From NCBI RefSeq assembly GCF_009914755.1, contig NC_060929.1: DNA of 64,000 nt; one strand, written 5' to 3'. Shown piece after piece: positions 36,966 to 50,920 of this stretch. Position numbers and translations under genes: made by a program. Origin of the DNA: the human T2T-CHM13v2.0 reference genome, Homo sapiens. The notes under the pieces were generated by a model. It did no database searches. It saw only the letters and a list, made by a program, of their open reading frames with translations, and was not told the origin of the DNA. Every line of letters starts with the position of its first letter. Position 1 is the first letter of the stretch.

Positions 36966-39307
36966 GGACCATTGTTTTTGTAGGGATTCAATGGGAGGAA
37001 ACCTCAGAGCGAAGAAGACTTCACTATTCTTCTTTTTCTTATGAAAATAAAAGGGCTCTTCAAGGCAGAGCTGCTTCTTGTGCTTTGATTTTTGAGTTCT
37101 TCATTTCTTTTTATTGTAATAAAAATAATAATAATGTGACAATGTGGGTTGGTAGTTATATTTACAGATCTTCCTAGGTCGTATTGTTTGAGAAGAAAAA
37201 GGCTATGGGAAACTAGGTTTCCTAAGTTTCCATATATTCCATAGACACTCTGAATTTCATCATTATAGATTAAAATCTTAGAATGCACTTCATAAGCGAA
37301 ATGTACACTTTCCTATAGTACTTAATAAGCAGGAGTCCAATTGTCTCTTGTTGTGACTGAGATAATCTAGTCAATATTTTGTCAATGAGGAATGTTTTGT
37401 CCAATGGAGGAGATAAAGTTGTTGGATTAGTAATTAAATTGTTGTCCTTATTATTTTATGAAAATAAAGGGGGGATAAAGAAGAGGGAGATGGTACCAGT
37501 GTAGGAGGCTGAATGCACTGTGGGTAATAACAGAAGTCACACAAGCCAAAGGTGGCCTCTTCTTAACTCAGCAGTGATCCCATAGCCAGGTGCAGAACCC
37601 ATGGCAGGGCTGCGGGGCCACTCCTCCCCTCTCCACTGGTTAACTGGCACACATGACTTGAATCAATGCAAGCAATACTTTCTATCAAAGTATTCCTCTT
37701 ACAAACATGAGACAATGATCAAAACAAACCCCACTCTATTGTGAATCATCTTGACGAGAATGATCCATGTCTAGCCATAGTCAAAAATGGGATGCCATTT
37801 GTGTATTTACTAATTTCACCTAAACTGGTACAGCTTGGCACCACATAATTATTTATTTTTTCTTAATTCCCCAAATGTGAGCTTACGATAGACTTGGTGT
37901 AGATGGTGTCTTGAATTGACATAGTGTTCTAATGTGAAAAGTCACGAGTTTGTGCTACTAATGCCGTGGTGCAGCTGGGCACGCCATCAGGCTGACCCTC
38001 AGCCTAAACTCTTGGACGGCAGGGATCAGAGGAGCCATGATTTATCTCCTGCCTCCACCTAGCCCAGCAGATGCTCCAGGTGGACTTTATCCATCGATGC
38101 TGTCCTGGCCCTGAGCTTCTCTCTGGGCTGCTGGGTAGGTGTAGCGAGTTGTTTAATGACACTGCAACGGGGAGGCAGAGGCACATTTGCTGTGTCCTTC
38201 CTCTTGTCCTTGTGGGGTGACCTCCAGCATCCTTGCCAGAGCCCGCAGCATCTGCTGCTCAGCGCCTCCCTCCCTGCTGGATGGCTGGGCTCCTTCCATA
38301 CGGCTCAGACAATGGCCTCCCTCCTGGACCAAATCCTTCTGAGCTTTTCCTGAACTTTTATCATCGGAGAGATATCCTTCTAGAAGGAGGCATTTTTACA
38401 GAACAACAACAAAAATGAAATCCTGACCAATTTATATGATTAGAATGGGTGGTCAATTTTTAATAAGACAAGTTTTGTTGAAATACATACATTAATTGAA
38501 ACTGTCTAATACAACATTGCTGTTATGGGTTAAATTGTCCCTGCCCCCCCAAAAAAGACATATATTATTCCATCTGTGGAGGGTTTATAACAGTAACAGC
38601 ACCCACTCAATACAGACACCACATAACCATCGTCAAATCCTCCTCCCTGAAAAAAAAATGTTGGTTTTGATTCTAAGAAATTGCTACAGTGATTTACATA
38701 ATAATATGCATTTAAGCTACTATTTATTTTATTTCTGACACATATTTTAATAAAATATTTACATTCTATATGAAGATTAATTTGGAGAACTCCCAGTTAT
38801 AAAATTGGCCCCTATATGTTTATTTCCAAAGCATTTAGCTAATAGTTCTGAATTGCTTGGCTCAATTGCTGAGTTTTTGTCACCTAACCTGTGTGCTACA
38901 TATTCCTGCATTTAGAGAGTAGATTTGAATAGAGAATAATAGCACAGTGATTTTAAATACAAAGACACAGAATTCAAGACACTCAATTCTGTCATCCTAG
39001 CAATCTTTTTCAGTTGTTCTTTGTATTTAAAATGTGAATAGTAAGGCAGAGCTGCAATTTGTGAGATGTTTTGTTGTGTTTGAGTGCAAAGTTAAGTGCG
39101 AATTTTCCTTTAGAAGTGAAATATTTAACTGAATTTGCATATGATCTTTAGAATTAAGTTGTATTCCTTTAAAATTGTTATTTAAAATCTAAAGAACACA
39201 TAAAGAAAATTACTACTACTACTGATTGTTACATTTTTATTCCTGAAATAATTGTGTTGTGTAGGAAAGAGGGTCTTAAAAGTTGCTTCAGATGTCAAGT
39301 ATACCAG

Positions 39308-39678
39308 TGATATGGTTAGGTTCTGTGTCCCCACCCAAAGCTCATCTCGCATTCTAATCCCCACATGTCAGAGAAGGGGCCTGGATCATGGGGATAGATT
39401 TCCCCTTTGCTGGTTTCATGATAGTGAGTGAGTTCTCATGAGATCTGATGGTTTAAAAGTGTGCCACTTCCCTGTTTGCTCTCTTTCTCTCTCCTGCCAC
39501 CATGTGAAGATGTGCTTGCCTCCCCTTCACCTTCTGCCATGATTATAAGTTTTCTGAGGCCTCCCAGCCATGCTTTCTGTTAAGCCTGCAGAACTGTGAG
39601 TCAACTAAACCTCTTTTCTTCATAAATTACCCAGTCTCAGGTAGTTTTTTAATAGCAGTGTGAAAAAGGACTAATATA
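39308..39678 (+). mobile_element. MSTA-like MaLR solo LTR
   Basis: tgatatggtt..tgtgtccccacccaaa, gatagtgagtgagttctcatgagatctg, aattacccagtctcaggta, ggactaatata. Confidence 0.9.
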
Positions 39679-39772
39679 ATCTCAGACTTCTAGGTTCCAC
39701 AACATAAATTTCTGTTGCTTAAGCCACCCCCTAGGTGCTATTTTGTTATGACAGCCCAAGCTAAGTAATACA
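39679..39772 (+). mobile_element. MLT1B/C 3' end
   Basis: atctcagacttct..ataaatttctgttgctttaagccacc..tttgttatgacagccc..taataca. Confidence 0.75.
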
Positions 39773-39899
39773 GAGGGGAAAGACAGGTGGCAGATGCCTG
39801 AGGTGAGGAGACGGGAGTCCAAGGAGGGAAGGGCAGCTACAGCTAGAGGTCAGAAGGCTGGTGGGGTGAGGGCTGCAGAGCGTTGCCTTCAAGGGTTCA

Positions 39900-42800
39900 C
39901 TGGAGATCTGACCAGTGCATGCACATGAGAAAGCTTCCCCAAAGTATTAGAGGAACAATTCTCAGATACCACACAGGGCTGAGGATGCTGCTTCTTCCTG
40001 TCATCCGGAATGCAAAGCCTTACGCTATATAGGACATTGAGCAGAGCAATCAGAAGGGTTTAACTTTAGCAATGGGCCAATTTTAGCCATAGTCTAACAG
40101 CTGCTCTGGTTTCAGCAAACAAAGTTTAGAAGCAAGACTCTAAAAGAACAAGCCATTTCTAAGTAACTTAAACACATCCTGGAATGAAATTCAAAAACAG
40201 TTATAAAAATAAAAAAGAATCCCATACCCAGAACACTGAAATTCACAACATCTGGCAGCCAATCAACAACTAACAGGCAAGGAAAGAAGCAGAAAATGGG
40301 AGCTGCCAAAATATTTGAATAAATAATGGCTGAAGCATTTCCCAATTTTATGAAAATTGTAAACTCACAGATCCAAGAATTTTAACAAAACACATGAACA
40401 ACATGAAGAAATCTACAGCAATGTACACCATAATCAAATTGTATAAAGAGAAAACTTTAGAAGTAGCTATTGGAAAAAAAGACACATAATATACAGAAGA
40501 TAAAGATAGGGATGAAAACAAATTTATTGTCATAAACAATGCAAGTGAGAAGACACCATAGTAACATATTTAAAATACTAAAAAATAAAAAAGAACAAAA
40601 CTGTCAACCTAGAATTGTTTACCTAGTGAAACTGTCTTTCAAAAATAAAGGCAAAATGAATACTTTTTTAGATGTACAAAAGCTGAAGGAATTTATCTTC
40701 AGCAAGCCTGTACAATAAAAAAGGTAGAATGAGTTCCTTCAGGCAAAGAGAAACTGATACCAGATGGAAGTCTGGATTTCCATGAAGGAAAAGAAAAGCA
40801 CTGTAAGTGTCAACTAGAATGGTAAATACAAAAAGTGATTTTTCTATTATTTAAATTTCTTTGAAAAATAATTGACTCTTTCAAACTATATAAATATAAA
40901 AATAATGTAATTTGGGGTTACAACATGTGGAAGTAAACTTTATTACAGCAACAGCACAAAGATCAGGAAGGGAGAAAGGTATGTGATTGCAAGCATCTTA
41001 TAGTGTATGTGAATTGGTATGATACTATTTCAAGATAGACTGTGATAGGCTAAATATGCATACTGTACACTCTAATGTAACTTCCTAAACAGTACAAAAA
41101 GAATAATAACTAATAAGATAATAAAAGACATAAATACAATCATAAGACCATCCAATCCAAAAGAAGACAGAGAAATAGGACAGTGAGTAATGAATAAATG
41201 GAACAAACAGAAAGCAAATGGCAAGATGATAGACTTAAAGCCAACTATACAATTATGCTAAATGTAAATGTCAAAGCAGCTCCCTCATTGAAAGGCAGAG
41301 ATAGTCATATTGGATAAAATAGAGCCAACTATTTGCTAAATTCAGGAAATACGCTTTAAATACAAAGACAAAAATAGATTAAAAGTAAAAGGATATAAAA
41401 ATATGTATTAAAATCAACAGATAGCTGGACTGGCTGTATTAATATGACGCAAAATATTTTTCAGAGCAAATGCTATTACTAGGGATGAAAAAGGCCCTTT
41501 CATAATGATGAAGGTATTAATTAATCAAAAGGACATAAAAATCCTAAATATTTATGAACCTAAAATCAGAGCTTCAAATACATGAAGCCAAAACTGAAGA
41601 AAATGTGTGAATAAATCAAAAAGTCCAAAATTATAACAAGCAATTTTAACATTGCTCTCCCAGGAATAAATAGAATAATAAGACAAAATATCAGTAAGGA
41701 TATAGAAGACATGAGCAACACTGTAAGCCAACATGACTTAATTTACAACTGTAGATCAATTCACCTAACAACAAGGTAACTATTCTTTTTAATTGCCCAT
41801 AAAGCATATATCAAGATAGAGCCAATTAATGTGTCATAAAACAAGCCACAACTTTAGTGGATTTATGTAAGAGAAAGTATATATTCTGACTGCAATGAAA
41901 GTTACCAAGAAATCAATAAAATATCTGGAATATCTCAAAATACTTAGAAACTGAATAACACACTTCTAGATCATCCATCATCAGTAAAATAAGAAATCAA
42001 AAGAGGAATTAGATAATATTAGAAATGAAGGAGCACAAAAGCATAGCATATCACAATTTACAAGATGCAGCTAAAGCAGTACTTTCAGGAAATTTTATAG
42101 CACTAAATGATCATATTAGAAAAGAAGGAAATATGCTGTTCCAGGTAGCAGAGAAATAATTAAAAAAAAGAAAAGAAGGAAATGAATAAAATAAATAATC
42201 TCAAATTCCACATTAGTAAAGCAGAAAAATAAGAGCAAAAGAAACTCAAAGTAGGAGAAGAAAGAAAATAGTGAGCATCAAAACAGAAGTCAATAAATTA
42301 GAAAAGCAGAAAGCATTAGAGAAAAGCAATGAACCCCAGAGCTGATTCTTTGAAACAATCAATAAAATTAATAAACCTTGAGTCAGATTGGTCAGCGAAC
42401 AAAGGATAGAAAATACAAATCACCAATATCAGAAATGAGAGAAATGACATCACTACGGAGTCTTCAGGTGTTTAAATTATAAGAAGAAGATATTTTGAAA
42501 AAAAGCAATAAATTTAAAAACTTAGATAAAATGGACAAATTCCTTAAAAGATACAATCTACCAAGATTCACTCAAGAAATAATAGATAAGCTGAATAGCC
42601 TTATATCTATTAAATTAAATATGTAGTAAAAACCTTCCCACAAGGAAAACTCCAGGCCCAGGTGGCTTTACTGCTGAACCCTACGAAATCTCCTGAGAAG
42701 AAACACCTACAGCCAATGCTACACTTAATGGTGAAAGACAGAATGCTTCCCCTACGGGCCCAGGGCCAGGCAAGGATAGCCATTCTCGGCCATTCCATTC

Positions 42801-43965
42801 GACATTGTGCCGCCAGGTCCGTGAATTACTCAGGGAAATTAATAGAAGGTGTCTAGATTGGAGAGGACATAAAAGTGTCTTAATTTTCAGACAACACGCT
42901 TATCTATGAAGAAAATCCCATGAAATCTATAAAACAACTATTAGAACTAATAAAGCTTAGCTAAGTGGCAGGCTACTAGATCAATATACAAAAATCAATT
43001 GTGTTTTTATATACTGGCAACAATTAGAAATTTAAATGGAAAGAAATACCACTTATAATATTAAAAAAACATGAAATACTTAGGGCTAAACCTGACAAAA
43101 GATGTGCATGACCTCTACATTGAATATTACAAAACATTGATGAGGGTAATTGAATTAGATCTAATTAGATGGAGGGATTTACCACAGTAATAGATTGGGA
43201 GGCTCATTACTGTCAAGGTGTCAGCTCTCCCCAGATTTATGTACGGATTCAGAGCAATACCAATCAAAATCCTAGCGGCCCTCTTTTTGTAGAAATGGAT
43301 GGTCTGATTCTAAAATTCACATGAAAGTGCAAAGTACGTAGAATAGCTAAATAAGTCTGAAGCAGAAGAACGAATTTGGAGAACTTTTGCTACCTAATTT
43401 CAGGACTTATTATAAAGCTACTGTAATCAAGACAGTGTGGTATTGGCATAAAGACACACAAATAGAGTGATAGAATAGGATAAGGAATCCAGAAATAGAC
43501 CCACGTGTATGTCAATGGGTCTTTTGTAAATGCATGGAGGCAATTCGATGGAGAAAGGACAGTCTTCCTATCCTTTGTGGAACAATTGATGATCCGTATG
43601 AAAAAAAAAAGGACTTTGATAAATTCATTCTATCATATGCAAAATTTGCTCAAAATGGATTAGAAACATAAATGAAAGACTGAAACCCACAAAGTTTCTG
43701 GAAGAAAGCATTGGAGAAAATCTTGAGACTTCAGGTTAGTCAAATATATATTAGATACAACATCAAAAGCATGATCTATAGAAGGAAGAAATAACTTACA
43801 CTGATAAGTGAATGGAGAGACAGATCACAGACTGGAAGAAAATATTTGCAGATCACATATTGATAAAGCACTTGTACATTAAATATGTAAAGAACTCACA
43901 AATGTCAATAATAATTTAAAAACCCCACCCAATAAAAAGACGGGCAAGGGGTTTGGAACCAGGCG
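39900..43965 (+). mobile_element. Old L1M (L1MC/MD-like): 5' region, ORF1 and ORF2 remnants with internal deletions
   Basis: aaataatggctgaagcatttccc (ORF1), endonuclease-region and RT-region remnants, atcaagacagtgtggtattggcat, ggaagaaaatatttgca; many stops and frameshifts. Confidence 0.85.
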
Positions 43966-44496
43966 ACCTAGCTCAGCTTCACAAAAACACTTAAGGTAGA
44001 AAAGTAGAGAAAGACAACAGCTCATGCTGAGGTAGGATTGTGGGGTGGGCACAGCCTCAGAGGGCTCGAGGAGCACGTGGAGTGTTTGCTTCAGGGAGGT
44101 TTGTAGCCCCCCTCCCACAGGGACCCTTACTGTCTTCTGTTGAACATCCTCAATTTTCCAGGTGAACATCAAGTCTTTTCATCTATGAGAACTTTGATTC
44201 CACTGTTGTAGTATTTGATCTCTTGTTGCCTCCCTGTCTATTCCTCATCCTTTGGCTGGGACACTCCTCTGAGCAGAGGGTGAGTAAACCAGGAGCTTTC
44301 CTGGCATGCAGGCTCAGGTTTGCATATGGAAGGGATGCCTCTCTCAACAGAACCCGATGTGTATCACACACACCCCTTTGCAGCTCCTAGCCAAACCACC
44401 CAAGTTAGAGTTAACCAGATTATGTGGGACCCCACCCCTAAATATACTTTCTTTTCTTTAAATTTGTTTTTAACCTCTATAATGCTATTACAATAA

Positions 44497-44868
<372 letters not shown>

Positions 44869-45109
44869 TGAGAGTTTTAACTCTACTGAGTCCCATTATA
44901 TATTTGACAGTCCTCACTCCTGGGTTAAGAAATTCAAACCTTTCCATTGTTCTGCTTCTTTTTTTTCTCTTTGATTTATTCTCTCCCTTCACAAGTTCAG
45001 ACTCACCACCACCGGCTCTTCCTAAGTTATTTACATGCATTTTTGCCTACACTGCCTAACATTCATATAAGAGATGTCACTCTGATCAACAGTTCACACT
45101 CAATGACTC

Positions 45110-45810
45110 TGATTTTATTCTTGTCTTATTGCATTGGCAGGGACCAGAGTCATGGGAGCAGTGATGGCCTGTATCCTTGTCCTGAGCCTGACTTGAAAGG
45201 CAGTGCCTCTAGTTTCCCCACTCCACACAATGTTTGTTGGTTAATGACAGTGTGGTATAATGTATTTAATCTTCAAGGTAATACCATTGTAATAGGCTGT
45301 GGAAATTCATTGAGGTTATCTTTGTGGCCTAATAAATGCTCCATTTTTAAATGTCCCATAGATGTTTAAAAATAATTTCTATGCTCTGTTAGGAAATTTA
45401 TTTTTTATGTATCTATTTGGTCAAGCTTTTCAGTTGTGTATTCAAATTCTCATTTGTTTCATATGTTGTATTATTGGTCAGTTTCTAAAATTGTGTTAAT
45501 GGTTCCTGTAATCATTGTGGATTTGTCCACTTCTCCTTGTATTTATAACAGCTTTTGTTGTATTTCAACCTGTTGGTAAGGGAATAAAATTCATGGCTCA
45601 TACATTCTTTATCCTTATGAAGTATTATCTTTTCCCATTTTATGCTTTTATCTTAATTTCTACTTTATCTAATATTAATAGTGGCTTCTCTACATTTCTT
45701 ATTTGCATTTGCCTTATATATTTTCCCCATATATTTATTTTGCCTTTGTATTTTATCATTTAGTTTCTGGTAAAACACATATCGGTAAATTTTATTGTAA
45801 AACTCGGTCT
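45110..45810 (-). mobile_element. Ancient L1M ORF2 fragments, antisense
   Basis: ttgtcttattgcattggc, tccttgtcctgagcctgacttgaaagg, attgtggatttgtcc, tctactttatctaatattaata. Confidence 0.65.
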
Positions 45811-46345
45811 GGGAGATTCTTTTAGTAGAAGAATTCATTTTGGAAAACCATTGTGTTGGACCACATTCTTTAATTTTATTTTGCTTACCTTGTGTAGCTG
45901 ACTTTGTAGCAGCTTGTGCTTTGACGCTCATACCCTATATCCATTTAAAGACACAATGTGTTTATTGGCGGCAGGTCTTCCCAAGGACCTGGAGGCTGCC
46001 TTCCCCAGTCTGAGGTCTGTTCTGTCTCAGAGTCTCCTGGCTGCAGGAACAAGGCCAAACTACTCCAGCACCATTACCTCCTTATGCAAATGACCACAAC
46101 TGAATTAACTGGGAGTTTGGTCCAGGTGCCACACAGGTTCTTGAGTTGAGTCTTTTCATTAATTTAGAGCATAGAAGACACAGGCTCTGGGAAGCCAGTG
46201 GGAAGTGATTCCAATGGCTGCTCAGTTATTGCAAAGATTCCAAAGATTGCCAACTACCAGCTTCCTAGAAATCCAGCAGATCTCAGTCCTCTGAGGAGTC
46301 AGAGTGTCAGGGTTGTTGCAAAAGCACCTGACTCTGCATCTACTT

Positions 46346-47147
46346 AAAGTATGTAGCCAAGAAGGTGGGGATTCAGACAAGTATATAGCCAAGATGGTGG
46401 GGATTAGGATAAGTATATAGCCAAGAAGGTGGGGATTCGGACAAATATAAAGCCAAGATGGTGGGGATTTGGACAAGTATGTAGCCAAGAAGGTGGGGAC
46501 TTGGACAAGTATATAGCCAAGAAGGTGGGGTTTAGGACAAGTTTGTAGCCAAGAAGGTGGAGACTTGGACAAGCATATAGCCAAGAAGACAGGGTTTCAA
46601 ACAAGTATATAGCCAAGAAGGTACGGATTAGGACAAGTATGTAGCCAAGAAGTTAGGGATTTGGACAAGTATGTAGCCAAGAAGGTGGGGATTCGAAAAA
46701 ATATAAAGCCAAGATGGTGGAGATTCGGACAAGTAGGTAGCCAAGAAGGTGGGGATTTGGACAAGTAGGTAGCCAAGAAGGTACGGATTAGGACAAGTAT
46801 GTAGCCAAGAAGGTGGGGATTCAGACAAGTATGTAGCCAAGAAGGTGGGGATTCGGACAAGTATGTAGCCAAGAAGGTGGGGATTCGGACAAGTAGGTAG
46901 CCAAGAAGGTACGGATTAGGACAAGTATGTAGCTAAGAAGGTGGAGACTCGGACAAGTATATAGCCAAGAAGACAGGGTTTCAAACAAGTATGTAGCCAA
47001 GAAGGTGGGGATTCTAACAGGTATGTAGCCAAGATGGTGGGGATTAGGACAAGTAAGTAGCCAAGAAGGTAGGGATTCAGACAAGTATATAGCCAAGAAA
47101 GCGGGGATTCGGACAAATATATAGACAAGAAGGCGGGATTAGGACAA
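46346..47147. repeat. 32-bp VNTR, ~25 copies (gacaagtatgtagccaagaaggtggggattcg)
   Basis: Direct tandem units with recurring variant types. Confidence 0.97.
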
Positions 47148-47966
47148 GGTGATGCTTCAGTAAGTCAGAGTGTTAGTTAAGGACTGTGTGACTTTTCACA
47201 AGCCGATTCCCCTTTATGATATCAGGAATCTGAATAAATTTTTGAAGTCTCCAGCTGGAGGAAATTTAAACAACATTGTTTCTGCAGAGCTCCAAGGTCA
47301 TGGACAAGCAAATTGCTTCCCAACATTATAGAAATGTTTTACATGTTTTGAACATGGGTTCTAATCATTTAAATCATGACAGGAAACCATTTCACTGTTG
47401 TAGAGCTACCATACACAGGCGCCTGAAGGGATGCCAGAACACACCGGGGTTCAGTGATTGCCTGCATTATCTGTGATCCTGGAGCCTGCTCTGCCTCACC
47501 AATGGGCTAATGACTCTACTGAAAATGAATGGGAAGTGTTTAAGGCAGTATTAATTGAAGAGCACTCATGCAATTACAGATTCCTGACAGCCATATGTGC
47601 TGGTGGGGACCTCTACACACCCACTCTTTTCCCTGAATGGCTTGTCATTCTTCCCTCTCACTCGTTTCTAGCCAGTCTCCCCATAGAAGCAGCTATTGCC
47701 AGTGGACACTGTGCTGTCTGTTTACCACATGCAGCAGGCGCGAGATGCTGGCCTGATTGGGGTGGGCGTGCTGGGTTTGGCCTCACACAGTAAGTGCCTA
47801 GCGGCCAAGTGGCTGAGCCAGGACCAGGAGCCTTGTCCCTAGAACCCAGGGCAGTGCACCTGTGTATCCTTCAAGATCAAGACCCTTCCTTACATCTGTC
47901 CCATAATAACCCCACTAGACCCCCAGCTGCAGAGAGGGGCAAGTCTGGTGGAGATTCATCAGACAT

Positions 47967-48026
47967 GGATGGGGGTTCCTGAGGCCCCTGCTTTCAGGAT
48001 GGGTGTTCCTGAGGCCCCTGTTTTCT
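47967..48026. repeat. 30-bp tandem duplication
   Basis: ggatggg(g/t)gttcctgaggcccctg(c/t)tttc x2. Confidence 0.85.
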
Positions 48027-50179
48027 CTCTGCAAGTGCACGGGATCTTTGGAAAAATCTTGCTGGACTTGGAGGGTGGGACAGCATTCAAGGACACCTGT
48101 CCCAGACACATATTATGTTTTCTTTTTAGAAAATAAACCAGACCCAAGCAATGCATGTCCTTGGGTAAGTTGTTACCATCTCATCCAGTGTTCAGGACCA
48201 CCCTTCAGTCTTTAGGGTGAGGAAGGACTCTGTAACAGCCACCGCTGTCTCAGCAGTCATGGGCGCCCCACACTTTCTCCATCACCCTTTGACTGGACAA
48301 TCTGTCTTCTGGAGGCACAGCCAGCCAAGCTGCCTGGCCTCCCTAAAGAGGCCATCTGTGCAGGCTATGGTTGAGGGGAAGACACACTAAAGAGCCAAGT
48401 GTTTCCACAAGAGTGTCGGCTGCAGAAGGACACTGCCCAAAGTCGGCACGGTGGGGGCTGGCTGTCTACCTCAGAGGGAACAAAGGAAAGTTTTTTGATT
48501 TTCTGGGGGAAAAAAAATTCCACAGGGGGAAAAATAGGGACTTATGTAGTCGACAATATCAGTTCTAAAAATGCAATTTCCGGATTAATAACAAAGACGC
48601 TGTTCTAGTGCACCTGTTCCTTGAGGACGTGTGCATTTGACCCACAGAACATATTGTGCCCCGTGGCTCTTAGCTGAATCGTGACTTAACAGTCCTCCCC
48701 TTTTTAATGCGTGATGTCTATTAAAACGAGTCTCTGCTTGTACCAGGGCCCTTGTGGAAATGAGAAGCACATCTCAGTAGGCTGACCACCGGTTAAATAT
48801 TAAAGCTGTAACTTTAATATTTGTGTGTTATATATTTCATCATAGTAAAGAAGAAGTCACAAAATATTGTTTCTTTTATGAAACCTTCAATATCTAAGCA
48901 ATCATAACTTCTTTTATCCTACTTTGGCAGATAAAGTTTTTACATCAAGGATACATCTGGACACAAACAGAACAAAATTTATCTATCACACTCATACACA
49001 TATATACATGATTAGCATATCTATGTAGGCACAGCCACACACGTATACACACAAGCATATATTTATACATGCATGCTAAGATATGTATTAATATGCTAAC
49101 GTCATGTATGACTTTAGAATTCATTTTGACAACTGCTTCTCACCGTCTACCTTTGAGAATGGTTGGATGGAAGAAGAGGCGAGCCTGCACTTACCCCCAA
49201 ATCATCAACTCCCTGTCTCGTGTTTCAGGTCAAGAAGTCATGTTTCTTCTGCAGGACGTAATCAGACTCCAAAGAGAAACAATAAAAAATAATCAATAAA
49301 TAGAGCAAGTGAAGGTGAGGAGCTTCGCCAGGGCGTGATTTTTCAATTTATCCACCTGCCCTCATGGGTGGGAGAGAAAGGAAAGTATGACATTGCAAGG
49401 GTTAAAAATCAGACATACCAGCCCAAAGGAAGAGATTTGAGAAAATGAGGACTACGCCATTAGAAAGACAGTAAATATAGCATGCAGCTCAACTGGGAGG
49501 GTTGTTGAAATCCAAAAACCAAGATTAAGATTTTCAAGTTGTGGCAAATTGCTGTAGTACTGAGCTGATGAAAACTGAGTATTTAAAAAAAAAGCAAAGT
49601 ATGTACAAATTTTTATCATGACCATTGTCAATTATTTTAATGGACAAGGTAGGTATTTGGATATATGGTCTGAAATTTCCTCATGGTTCTTGGCCAGTGA
49701 GAGCTCCAAGTTAATACATTGTGTTTCCTGAAAACTCATATATTATGAATTAAACCTAATTCTTTTTAGGTGAAATGTTCAAGCGGGTGTCTGAATTTTA
49801 TGGTAAATGGAAGCAAATCTTCCAAACTTCTGCACCCGTGGGGACTGTTGCACCCAGGCTCCTGTTGCCATTGGCTAGATGTGCTGGGCGAGAGGCAGGT
49901 GCACATCGACATGGCAGCAACCCGTTTGAGGCTGGCACATACTCTGCCTGAGGTTTTCAGCAGATGCCTAAGAGCTGTGGGGCACCAAGAGAGGAAGTGG
50001 CTATGTAGACAGCTTGCTTCACTTCCTGTATCATAGCTGACATCTGTCCCTCTCTTTCAGTTAAAGTGTTTGCATCAATTTTCATTCTAAGAATGATTTG
50101 TCCTAGATTCCAGACCTATCTTGTTGTCATAGATTGTGTCCTTCAAATGGAGGAATTTCAGTGACACAAGGGGTACTTC

Positions 50180-50920
50180 TTCAGTCATGGCCCATGGTCA
50201 TAGGAGATGGTCATGGTCAATGGTTGTGAACAATAGTATTAGGTGACAGTCATGGGTGAAAGTCACAGCAATGACCATGGGCAATGGTTGTGGGTGAGTC
50301 ATGAGCAAGGGTCATGGGTGCTGATTATCTGTGATGACCATGGATGAGGGTCATAGGTGAAGGTCATGGTAATGGTTGTGGGAGAAGGTCACAGTGAGGG
50401 TAATGGTGAAGGTCATGGATGATGGCTATGGGCAATGGTGATTGGCGATAGTCATGGGTAAACATCATGGTGATGGCTGCGGGAGGTCACAGTGAGGGTC
50501 ATGGTGAAGTTCATGGATGGTGGCTTTGGGCAGTGGTGATTGGTGATGGCCATGGGTGAAGGTCACAGTGAGGGTCATGGCAAAGGCTGTGGGTGGTGGT
50601 CATAGGCAATGGAGATTGGTGATGGTTGTAGGTGAAGGTCGCAGTGATGGCTGTGGGAGGTCACAATGAGGGTCATGGTGAAGCTCATGGATGGTGACCT
50701 TGGGCAATGGTGACTGGTGATGGTCATGGGTGATGGCCATGGTGATGGTCACAAGAGAAAGTCATGATGAAGGCCTTGGATGAAAGTCCTGGTGATGGTT
50801 CTGGGCAATGGCTGTCAGTGAAGTTCATAGGCAATTGTCATGGGCAGTGATCATGAGTGATGGCCATGAATGAAGGGCATGATGATCATTATAGAATGGT
50901 CATGGGCAAAGGTCATGAGG
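50180..50920. repeat. Degenerate (GGTCAT/GGTGAT)n low-complexity repeat
   Basis: ~740 bp with 6-nt periodicity of ggtcat/ggtgat/ggtgaa. Confidence 0.85.

Noticed and set aside
46346-47147. CRISPR-like array (32-bp period)
   Set aside because: Units are head-to-tail with no unique spacers, there are no cas genes, and the context is primate
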